Below the pieces are notes generated by a model. That model was given only the letters and a program-made list of their open reading frames with translations. It searched no databases and was not told the origin of the DNA. The translations under genes were made by a program, and so were the position numbers. From NCBI RefSeq assembly GCF_001194135.2, contig NC_068995.1:51286552-51350551 (forward strand): 64,000 nucleotides of DNA, given 5' to 3'. Below are positions 35,989 to 45,946 of this stretch, piece after piece; within the stretch, counting starts at the first letter, position 1, and the number at the start of each line of letters is the position of its first letter. Source of the stretch: Octopus bimaculoides (taxonomy: Eukaryota).

Positions 35989-38906
35989 CTGTATATCTAT
36001 CTGTCTGTCTGTCTCTGTCTGTGTGTCTCTGTCTGTCTGTCTGTCTGTATGTATGTATGTATGTATGTCTGTACACCTTTCAATGCAATGTATGCCAGAA
36101 GGTCTGCAGATCTACTCCTTCATGCACAAACACACATATACACACATATTTATAAGTAAAAACAGAATACAGAGAGAATACACACATATACAAACACATA
36201 TAAATGCATGTAACTTACCTTTGGGAAGTTTTAGACTTGGTGCATCCATTGCCCAGGCGTACAAAATTGAAGGATTTGTACGACATGTTGGACCAGTTGC
36301 ATAGTGTCGAGAAACACTAGGTCCCATTTCTCCACAGTTCCTTAAAAAGAAACGAAATCAATAACCAAAATGAAAAGATGGCATAAGGTATTCTTTTTTT
36401 TTTCTTTTGTAGTCATTTGGCTACGGCCATGCTGGAGCACCGCCTTTAGTCAAGCAAATTGACCCCAACTGTCTCATTCTGCCTTTGTACACAACAGAAG
36501 AAATGAGAAACAGAAAGAGGAAAATGTAATGACTATCAGTCTCCCAAAGTCATTAGCACCACGAGAGGAACTGATCCTAATAAATTAATGGAAACTGTGT
36601 TGACTGAAAGATGGCTTACACCAAACCACCTCCCCAACCCCTTCTGCCAAGATAAAGAATAAATTAGTGCCGAGATAAAGAATAAACTAGAAAGGTAGAG
36701 ATTAAATATTTACATACCAGATTTTGGTGTCTTTACCCGGTAAACCACAACCATACAAGAGAAGATGGTGAGCAGTTGCCATATTGGCATGGGGCTGGAA
36801 ACCAACTGAAAGAAGAAAGAAAAGGAAATAAATTAAATGAAAAACAAATTGATAAATAAGTAAATTAATACATAAAAACTACAAATTTTTGTACTCTTCT
36901 GGACTCATGTCAGGGTCCTGGAACTATATCGGTTGTGCTCATGCCTCCAAGAGCAAGTTACAGGCTTATTGCTGGTTGTACCAGCATTGAGTAGAAACTG
37001 CAATATATTTTTCAAATAGATCCCTCCACCTAAGGTTCAAACACATCTCATGTTAACCCATGCAACAGACAATGTGATATGATTATTTTCTTTTATCCCT
37101 TTTCATATTGTAGTTTTTGGTGGTCTTATTCACACCTAACTCCAAGGCTGTATTTGTATTGAACATGTGATGCTGTTCAATGGTGTATATAGCTCAAAGA
37201 TCAGTGAGTCTCTCTATGTCAAACTGAAAATCTTCTACACTGAGAAGTCACATTTCTGGTACAGCAGACATGTGATTAGAATGTCACAACAAAGAATTGT
37301 AAGAGGATTCTTCAAGTTTAGTCAAGAGACCTCAGGGTTGACTAAGAATGAGAGCGATGGATAATATCCATAGTCTCAATTGGTTATGCTTAGGAATCCA
37401 GCCAGGAATTCTTATTTCTTTATTGCCCACAGGGGGATAAACATAGAGGGGATAAACAAGGACAGACAAAGGGATTAAGTCGATTACATCGACCCCAGTA
37501 CATAATTGGTACTTAATTTATCGACCTCGAAAGGATGAAAGGTAAAGTCGACCTCGGTGGAATTTGAACTCAGAACGTAGCGGTTGACTCAAAAGAATAC
37601 ACACCACCACCACCACCACCACCACCACCACAATGACAACATAAAAAACAAACAAACAAACAAACAAAAAGCATCTCAATTCTTAGTGGAATACAAAAGT
37701 ATCAAAGTAGTTGTTTTTCTTCTTACTTATGTAGCTTGCCGTAGTATTTGCCTTCAAGGAGAGACATAAATACGTATCAACCTGGAAAAGAAAAATGAAA
37801 GAGAAACAATCAGCGATTAATACATAACGAGAGAAAACTTTAATTGAATTTGAGTTGTTTTATTTGACATTGTATATTGATTGTGGCCAAAGGTACAAGA
37901 GTAAAGACCACCGTTGACTGACTGGTATTTTGAATATTGTTTTTATAAGAGGTACAAAGGGCTAAATATTTGTGGAAAAGAGTAAATTTACCTCAAAACT
38001 TTATTTTGTTAAGTGCAGGTATGGTTGTGTGTAAGGGACCTAGCTTGACCCTGCCTGAGATTTGAAACCAAATCTTCCCGCTTGTTGCTTGTCAAAGCAA
38101 GCAGGAAATCCTCTCCATGCTAGGTAATTGATGAAGAAACACTCGATGTCCTAGGATCTGTGCTGGTCAAGGAAAGGTCAGTCCTTTGTTTAGGGTTAGA
38201 CCTACATTACTGACCACTCTATATAACAGGCTAGTCCTAATCAAGCTCTTAGGCATTCCAGCCATGATACTCTCATCTTTTTTAGGAGTACCTAGGACTC
38301 CATTATATAATGTGCTGTTTTTGATTTTAAAACCAGAGGGTGTAAAATGACCATATTTGGCTGCTATTTCTAGAAAGTCAAGTGACTATTAGAGCCTCCC
38401 TCATTAACTCTGTTTTGTTGTCAAGGTGATGCTGAAATTTGCTGCACTAGAATCGTTGTTTTTATCCAAGGTCAACCATGACACCATAGACTTTTGACCG
38501 AAGGTTCTTAAGTTTTGGTCAGCCCATCCATTTTTAAGGCACAATGTGTCCGGAATTACATCCCCTTTGATGAATGTATGTATCTCCTTGATTTAAAACA
38601 GACAGCTGTGAGATTTGGCTGTTATTTGTAGCATGTCAAGCAGCCAGAGAAATTCCTGTGTTAAACTAGTGTCTGCGTCCATTATTCATCATTTTAAATT
38701 TAGCAGCAATGATGGGGGAAGTACTGAAATCAATAGGAATATCATTGTGGCTGGCCATAAGATACTATCGACCAGCATCAATAAGGAATTTCCCGCATGT
38801 GGATATATATACATGGATATATATATTGATTTTGTTACATGCGCATGCACACACACACACACACGTACATACACACACATATATATTATATATATATGTA
38901 TGTGTA

Positions 38907-38951
<45 letters not shown>

Positions 38952-39247
38952 NNNNNNNNNNNNNNNNNNNNNNNNNNNNNNNNNNNNNNNNNNNNNNNNN
39001 NNNNNNNNNNNNNNNNNNNNNNNNNNNNNNNNNNNNNNNNNNNNNNNNNNNNNNNNNNNNNNNNNNNNNNNNNNNNNNNNNNNNNNNNNNNNNNNNNNNN
39101 NNNNNNNNNNNNNNNNNNNNNNNNNNNNNNNNNNNNNNNNNNNNNNNNNNNNNNNNNNNNNNNNNNNNNNNNNNNNNNNNNNNNNNNNNNNNNNNNNNNN
39201 NNNNNNNNNNNNNNNNNNNNNNNNNNNNNNNNNNNNNNNNNNNNNNN

Positions 39248-39305
<58 letters not shown>

Positions 39306-40611
39306 GTATATAAATATATATATATATGAATATATATATATAAATAAATATATATATACACACAAATATATATATATACATGTGTGTGTGTGTGTATGTG
39401 TACATGTATCTAAAAAATTTAAAGCTTGGCAGTATGCCATTAAGATTGTTCTCCCAAACACATTCAACACCATCCACTGCAGTTGTCTGCAAATCCGCAC
39501 AACTGCTGGGTGTGCATGGAACAACACAAAGTTCGCATGGATTACTATTCCCATCTTGTGAGAATTCATATCAACATATCAGCACCACCCACTATTATGT
39601 TATTCAACACGTTTATAGTAACTGTCAGAAGCCATCTGAAGTATCAAGATGAATAATAGATAATACAGTTGAGTGCTCAGAATATTTCTTGGTCATCACC
39701 ATTAATTTGTTATTGCAGTTCTGCAATAACTTTGTCCTGATCGAAATAATGGTTTCAAATTGATTTTGGTGCAAGACCAGCGATTGTTAGGGGCTAGTCA
39801 ATTACATCGACCCCAGTGCTCAACTGGTACTTATTTCAGTGAACCTGTAAAAGATGAAAGGAAAGGTTGACTTCGGCAGGATTTGAGCTCAGAATGACAA
39901 GAACTGAAAGAAATGCTGCAAAGAATTTTGTATGGCATGCTAAGTAATCTGTCAGCTCATCACATTCCTTGACTGAAACCATAGGCAGAAATGTGAAGGT
40001 GGCGAGATGTGAAGGTGGCGAGATGTGAAGGTGGCGAGATGTGAAGGTGGCGAGATGTGAAGGTGACGAGATGTGAAGGTAACGAGATGTGAAGGTGGCG
40101 AGATGTGAAGGTGGCGAGATGTGAAGGTAACGAGATGTGAAGGTAACGAGATGTGAAGGTGGCGAGATGTGAAGGTGACGAGATGTGAAGGTGACGAGAT
40201 GTGAAGGTGGCGAGATGTGAAGGTGACGAGATGTGAAGGTAACGAGATGTGAAGGTGGCGAGATGTGAAGGTGACGAAATATTTAATGAAAGCAAGAATA
40301 AATCGCAAGAATAAACTATGGTGTCTCATTTTAGGAGACAGAATGACAAATGCCTGAAAGTTTAATACCCAATGAAGTTGCTTAACAAGCAATACAGACA
40401 TTGATCAAGTCACATTAGCAGCTTTCTGTCTCAGGATAATGCTTGTAATATTAGCAATACTTTAAAAAGAAACAAATGATATATGAATACTCACGACTGT
40501 GGGTTGTACATTGGGCATCAACAGCTTCACTTTTCTGACATTTCCAGAAATGGCTGTCACAGCAAGGCAGAACACGAGTAGTGACAGAGTCACAGCTGGA
40601 GTACTGGTCAT
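25567..40611 (-). CDS. PHM: Peptidylglycine alpha-hydroxylating monooxygenase, monofunctional secreted PHM (copper type II ascorbate-dependent monooxygenase, PAM family), 422 aa, 12 coding exons
   Basis: Exons 40611-40495, 37781-37727, 36805-36718, 36340-36219, 31584-31495, 31102-31054, 30597-30533, 29953-29873, 29213-29137, 27615-27562, 26803-26754 and 25987-25567 all have GT-AG ends and splice in frame (1269 nt). An in-frame TAA lies just upstream of the ATG. Signal peptide, DTYLC, AHH and LQIHY (CuH), YRTHTH and EMCNFY (CuM), YAWA, VGFKVG and GDILAARC motifs match PHM. Confidence 0.96.
26478..26705 (+). mobile_element. Interspersed repeat family ending GCATGGAAAGCGGACGTTAAAC(GAT)n (SINE-like; copies also near 11356+, 34740+, 41066+, 41744-, 42710+, 44044+)
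   Basis: Near-identical GAGTGGTTGGCGTTAGGAAGGGCATCCAGCTGTAGAAAC...CAACCCATGCTAGCATGG core recurs in both orientations with a (GAT)n tail. Confidence 0.85.
26754..26803 (-). CDS. PHM: PHM coding exon 11
   Basis: tttttcag|[16 protein letters not shown](G)|gtaact. Confidence 0.92.
27562..27615 (-). CDS. PHM: PHM coding exon 10
   Basis: tccttcag|[18 protein letters not shown]|gtaagt. Confidence 0.92.
28326..28530 (+). mobile_element. 5'-truncated 3' end of an R4/Dong-like LINE embedded in (TAA)n
   Basis: [38 protein letters not shown] (LQK..LLG.A..LR.VL terminal motif), short 3' UTR, AATAATAATAA tail; preceded by a (AAT)n run. Confidence 0.75.
29137..29213 (-). CDS. PHM: PHM coding exon 9
   Basis: ttgtacag|[25 protein letters not shown]|gtaaat. 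Confidence 0.92.
29873..29953 (-). CDS. PHM: PHM coding exon 8 (CuM His-x-His)
   Basis: atttgtag|[26 protein letters not shown](G)|gtaagt. Confidence 0.94.
30533..30597 (-). CDS. PHM: PHM coding exon 7
   Basis: tttttag|[21 protein letters not shown]|gtaagt. Confidence 0.9.
31054..31102 (-). CDS. PHM: PHM coding exon 6
   Basis: tcttgtag|[15 protein letters not shown](P)|gtaagt. Confidence 0.9.
31495..31584 (-). CDS. PHM: PHM coding exon 5 (third CuH His)
   Basis: attttcag|[29 protein letters not shown]|gtgagt. Confidence 0.94.
31876..32098 (+). mobile_element. 3' fragment of an IS630-Tc1-mariner transposon
   Basis: [32 protein letters not shown] resembles the C-terminal AC..F..RLEAV..ANG..E motif; ends ...CACTACACCCTATA. 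Confidence 0.7.
32358..32688 (+). mobile_element. R4/Dong-like (restriction-like-endonuclease) non-LTR retrotransposon fragment, region after the RT domain, frameshifted
   Basis: [22 protein letters not shown] then [33 protein letters not shown]...[19 protein letters not shown], matching the recalled R4/Dong motif [18 protein letters not shown]...DRLY..R..GGRGL.SVED. Confidence 0.8.
32931..33174. mobile_element. Tc1/mariner-type MITE
   Basis: Imperfect TIRs CAGGATGTTCAGAAGGTCTCTCTGCAGT and ACTGTGGAGAGACTTTTTTTGAACACCCTG, with TA on both sides. Confidence 0.8.
34463..34717 (+). mobile_element. 5' fragment of a Tc1-family DNA transposon
   Basis: TA|CAGGGTTTGGACAAAATAATGGAAACACC terminus; decayed ORF from 34654, [19 protein letters not shown], matches the Tc1 N-terminal LSDFERGQIVGARLAGAS motif. 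Confidence 0.8.
36219..36340 (-). CDS. PHM: PHM coding exon 4
   Basis: tttttaag|[40 protein letters not shown]|gtaagt. Confidence 0.94.
36718..36805 (-). CDS. PHM: PHM coding exon 3 (CuH His-His)
   Basis: tctttcag|[28 protein letters not shown](W)|gtatgt. Confidence 0.94.
37727..37781 (-). CDS. PHM: PHM coding exon 2
   Basis: ttttccag|[18 protein letters not shown]|gtaaga. Confidence 0.92.
39988..40275 (+). repeat. 16-bp minisatellite, 18 units of GAGATGTGAAGGT(GGC/GAC/AAC)
   Basis: Read directly; explains the [13 protein letters not shown] pseudo-ORFs. Confidence 0.95.
40495..40611 (-). CDS. PHM: PHM coding exon 1 (signal peptide); acceptor at 40629 implies an upstream non-coding exon
   Basis: tttccag|cacaccaacttataaaagATG; [39 protein letters not shown]|gtgagt. 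Confidence 0.9.
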
Positions 40612-41985
40612 CTTTTATAAGTTGGTGTGCTGGAAAGAGGAAAGAAAAAGATATATATATATATATACTTGGGCATGTATGTGTGTGTGTGTATATATAT
40701 TTATGTAGAAGGTTGAAAAGGAACACATGAGTTGATATATATATATATATATGGAAAAAATGTCAAGGTAGAAAATGCTAAAATAATTTTATAAGAAACA
40801 TTTCAGTACCGGTTTCAGTCATTGAGACTTTTTCAACTGTAAGTATGGAAAACAATGAAAAGTTTTTAAAAATAATATTTGCATAGCATTCAAATACAAG
40901 GGGGCATTTTCCTTGTTTCTGTCTATCTGTGTCTCTCTTGTTTACTCTTGTGGGTTCGAGGTCGTTGTGAATTCTTGGCAGAGAAGAAGAAGACGAAGAC
41001 GAAGAAGAAGACGAAGACGAAGACGAAGAAGAAGACGAAGAAGAATAAGAAGAAGACGAAGACGAGCCAAATCAGATTGGAGCCTGGTGCAGCCTTCTGG
41101 TTCACCAGTCCTCAGTCAAACCATCCAACCCATGCCAGCATGGAAAGTGGACGTTAAACGACGATGACGACGATGATGATGACATACACACACATATATA
41201 TATGCATACATACATATACACATGCATACATACAAACATACATGCATGCATCCATCTATTCATTCATCCATCCATCCACACATACATACATACATACATA
41301 TATGCATACATACATATATACATACATACATGCATACATATATATGTCAATACACATATTGTCTCTATTAACAAAAATTTTCTAGGAATTTACGCACTAA
41401 ACTACTTGAAAACAAGCAGTAGAACGAATTATTATTTACTTATTGTTTGTTTTTCTTTGGTTTGCGAGGTTATTGGATTACATATTCGGTAGGTGTTGGT
41501 CATGTAATTCACACAGAAGCTATGTATAAAATTGTGGTCGATGTTGTTGCTGCTTGTTTTCAAAACAAATACCTTCATGCTAAATAAATATTGGCACAGA
41601 ACGATTCAGTGTGTTTTTTTAGCAAAATGGTGTGAAATTCACTTAGTGCCCAGTGTTATTGAGTATGCATAAACACACACATACACACACACACACACAT
41701 GCTCCACACACACATGCTCCACACACACATGTATATCGTGTCTATCATCATCATCATCATCATCGTTTAACGTCTGCTTTCCATGCTAGCATGGGTTGGA
41801 CGATTTGACTGAGGACTGGTGCAACCGGATGGCTACACCAGGCTCCAATCTAATTTGGCAGAGTTTCTACAGCTGGATGCCCTTCCTAACGCCAACCACT
41901 CAGAGAGTGTAGTGGGTGCTTTTACGTGTCACCTGCATGAATATATATATATATATATATTCATATATATGTGTGTGTGCAAATA

Positions 41986-42029
<44 letters not shown>

Positions 42030-43133
42030 TCGAAATTTTTTTGGGAGGAGACCAGTCGATCTGATCGACTGGTACTTAATTTATCGACCCCTGAAAGGCA
42101 AAGTTGACCTAAGTAGTATTTGAACTCAGAATGTAAAGACAAACGAAATGCCGCTAAGCATTTCGCCCGGTCTGCTAACGTTTCAGCCAGCTTGCTGCCT
42201 TTAACTATTGATATATTCTTGGCAGTTCACTGGATTAACAGTAATTTGTTTCAGTGCTATAACTACAGGGTGCAGCAGAAAGGTCACCCTGATTTCAAAG
42301 GTTAATAAAAAACAAACACATGAAGATGGATGAAAAAATTTTGTATTTCTACAAAGTTCATTAAATGCCATTTCTTTTTCTGTCTTTCAAGTCGTACTCA
42401 CCATGGCCTGGAGTGGAGAGCATGGTTTTTTTCTTATGTCTTCATGTGTTTGTTTTTATTAACCTTTCTGCTGTACTCTGCATTTTTAGTCTGTACACAC
42501 ACATACACTCACACACATATCTATCTTTGAACATCTGAAGAGGTGGATGTGTCCAACTACCATGAAACTTTAAGTAATGTACAGTTGAGTCAAATTATTA
42601 AATACAACCAAATTATTAAACTCCAACCAAATGTGTTGAGGGTTGCTTTCTCTCGTTTCTTCAGCCATTCGCATTTATATGCATGTGCATATATGTGCCG
42701 GTGCCACATTAAAAGCACTTGTGCTGGTGCCATGTAAAAGCACTTGTGCCCCGATGGTAAGCTAAAAAACACCCAGCACACACTGTAAAGTGGTTGGCGT
42801 TAGAAAGGGCATCCAACTGTAGAAACCAAGCCAAATCAGACTGGAACCTGGTGCAACTTGCAAGCTTACCAGCTCTGGTCAAACCGTCCAACCCACGCTA
42901 GCATGGAAAACGGATCTTAAAGCATGAGTTTGATGACGACGACAACGACAACAATGATGATAATGGTGATTGTGTGGTAAGTAGCTTGCTTACGAACCAC
43001 ATGGTTCCGGGTTCAGTCCTACAGCATGGCACCTTGGGCAAGTGTCTTCAACTATAGTCTCGGGCCGACCAAAGCCTTGTGAGTGGATTTGGTAGACGGA
43101 AACTGAAAGAAGCCCGTCGTATATATATATATA

Positions 43134-44043
43134 NNNNNNNNNNNNNNNNNNNNNNNNNNNNNNNNNNNNNNNNNNNNNNNNNNNNNNNNNNNNNNNNNNN
43201 NNNNNNNNNNNNNNNNNNNNNNNNNNNNNNNNNNNNNNNNNNNNNNNNNNNNNNNNNNNNNNNNNNNNNNNNNNNNNNNNNNNNNNNNNNNNNNNNNNNN
43301 NNNNNNNNNNNNNNNNNNNNNNNNNNNNNNNNNNNNNNNNNNNNNNNNNNNNNNNNNNNNNNNNNNNNNNNNNNNNNNNNNNNNNNNNNNNNNNNNNNNN
43401 NNNNNNNNNNNNNNNNNNNNNNNNNNNNNNNNNNNNNNNNNNNNNNNNNNNNNNNNNNNNNNNNNNNNNNNNNNNNNNNNNNNNNNNNNNNNNNNNNNNN
43501 NNNNNNNNNNNNNNNNNNNNNNNNNNNNNNNNNNNNNNNNNNNNNNNNNNNNNNNNNNNNNNNNNNNNNNNNNNNNNNNNNNNNNNNNNNNNNNNNNNNN
43601 NNNNNNNNNNNNNNNNNNNNNNNNNNNNNNNNNNNNNNNNNNNNNNNNNNNNNNNNNNNNNNNNNNNNNNNNNNNNNNNNNNNNNNNNNNNNNNNNNNNN
43701 NNNNNNNNNNNNNNNNNNNNNNNNNNNNNNNNNNNNNNNNNNNNNNNNNNNNNNNNNNNNNNNNNNNNNNNNNNNNNNNNNNNNNNNNNNNNNNNNNNNN
43801 NNNNNNNNNNNNNNNNNNNNNNNNNNNNNNNNNNNNNNNNNNNNNNNNNNNNNNNNNNNNNNNNNNNNNNNNNNNNNNNNNNNNNNNNNNNNNNNNNNNN
43901 NNNNNNNNNNNNNNNNNNNNNNNNNNNNNNNNNNNNNNNNNNNNNNNNNNNNNNNNNNNNNNNNNNNNNNNNNNNNNNNNNNNNNNNNNNNNNNNNNNNN
44001 NNNNNNNNNNNNNNNNNNNNNNNNNNNNNNNNNNNNNNNNNNN
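43134..44043. other. Assembly gap (others: 14103-14201, 15625-15892, 31776-31841, 38952-39247, 49091-49936, 56766-57081, 58184-59173)
   Basis: N runs, most abutting (TA)n microsatellites. Confidence 0.99.
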
Positions 44044-44229
44044 ACGTAAAAGCACCCACTACACTCTCTGAGTGGTTGGCGTTAGGAAGGGCATCCAGCT
44101 GTAGAAACTCTGCCAAATTAGACTGGAGCCTGGTGTTGCCATCCGGTTTCACCAGTCCTCAGTCAAATCGTCCAACCCATGCTAGCATGGAAAGCGGACG
44201 TTAAACGATGATGATGATGATGATGATAG

Positions 44230-44274
<45 letters not shown>

Positions 44275-44446
44275 TGTATGTGTGTATGTGTGTGTATTTA
44301 TGTATGTGTTTGTGTGGTGCGTGCACGTACATATGTATACGACGAGCTTCCGCACACTTTCCGTTTATCCGTTCCCTAGATTCCACTCTTGTCCAAGGTA
44401 CTGCGCAGTGCATATACCTCTAATTACTTTTTTGTTTTGTTTTTAC

Positions 44447-44550
44447 CTTTCTCATTTTCAAGCCAATACTGTATGTACAGGTCGACATGAACACCTTGTC
44501 TTAACATACAATATGTTTGTGGAAATAAACAAATGGACGACTCTATTTAG
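44447..44550 (-). other. Candidate non-coding first exon of PHM (unverified)
   Basis: Minus-strand AAG|GTAAAA donor at 44447 in non-repeat sequence at the onset of CpG-rich DNA, with TACGTGAC upstream. The true exon could instead lie in gap 43134-44043. Confidence 0.25.
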
Positions 44551-45675
44551 AAGTCACGTAGACCACCTACAGCACGTTCTTTTTGCTCCAGATAAGCAGT
44601 TCTAATGGCGCAGACATTGTGATGGAAGACACTCCAACTCTGACCACCCTGTTTTTCTTGTTTTAATCTTATATGTCTATAGGACAACAATTTCTAATAT
44701 ATTCTTGGATATATTCTTCTTTTAAGACGATAGGATGAAGAGGATGGATGTAATTTGAGCTAGATTTGGCTGCTAGCTCTAGCATACAGATCGACTGCAT
44801 AAAATCTCCCTCATTGTCATCTGTGTTGCTCAATTCATCCTGGAAACCTATAATCAAAAGCGATATGAGGGAGATTTGGCTGCCATCTTTTGAATGTCCA
44901 GCGTCTGCACAGAGAGGAATCTCCCTTTTTCTTAAGTTTATACTATTTTCGTTCTAGATCACCATCTAACGCCATCTCTCTTCTCTTCCTCTTCACCATC
45001 AACAGTTCGTCTTCCCTCCATCCATCAGCCATTTATTGTCGTCTGATTTATAGCAGTTTCATGGCCGACAAAGCAAACAATTGGTACTACTACCACTAGT
45101 CTCATCATCATCATGAATATCATCATATCATCGTCGTCATCATCATCATCACCACCACCACTACCACCGTCATCATCACCAGCATCACCATATTACCAAC
45201 TAACACCACCACCACCACCACCACCATCGCCATCGTCCTCTTCGTCATCATCATCATCATCAACAACAATAACAACAACAACAATAGCAACAACAACAAT
45301 AACAGCTAATATATTTCACCTCTACCACTTATACTAAAGGAGATGACTATGTCTATCTTGGCTATTGGAAGTCTTGTTGTGGGTTGTTTTACAGATTGAT
45401 GGCGGACTTCGGAGAGAAAGACAACCGAAGAGGAAAATAGAAGAGAATGTATGAAAGCACGCGCGCGCGGACGAGTGGACACGCACGCACACGCACACAC
45501 ACGCACGCACACGCACGCACACGTACGCACGCGCACGCACACGCACACGCACACGCACACACGCACTCACACATGATCTCTTATATTTACATAGGAACTG
45601 ATATGCGTAGGTTGGTGTTTTCGCACTTAGACAATATGTGTGTTTGTTTACATAGATATATGCATATTACACACA

Positions 45676-45727
<52 letters not shown>

Positions 45728-45899
45728 AGTAGTGACATCGATTTGTTTAAAATGTAATACATATACTTTATACAATGAATTATCTACACATACATACAGA
45801 CATACATCCACCCGTCCATAGATATACACGCTCATACATACGTTCATACACCTCACCCACGTATAGAATATAAATATAAACACATTCACATACACACAC

Positions 45900-45946
<47 letters not shown>

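Noticed and set aside
39952-40401. Repetitive His/Ser/Thr-rich ORFs ([13 protein letters not shown])n
   Set aside because: They are translations of the 16-bp intronic minisatellite; the unit is not a multiple of three and no splice support was seen.
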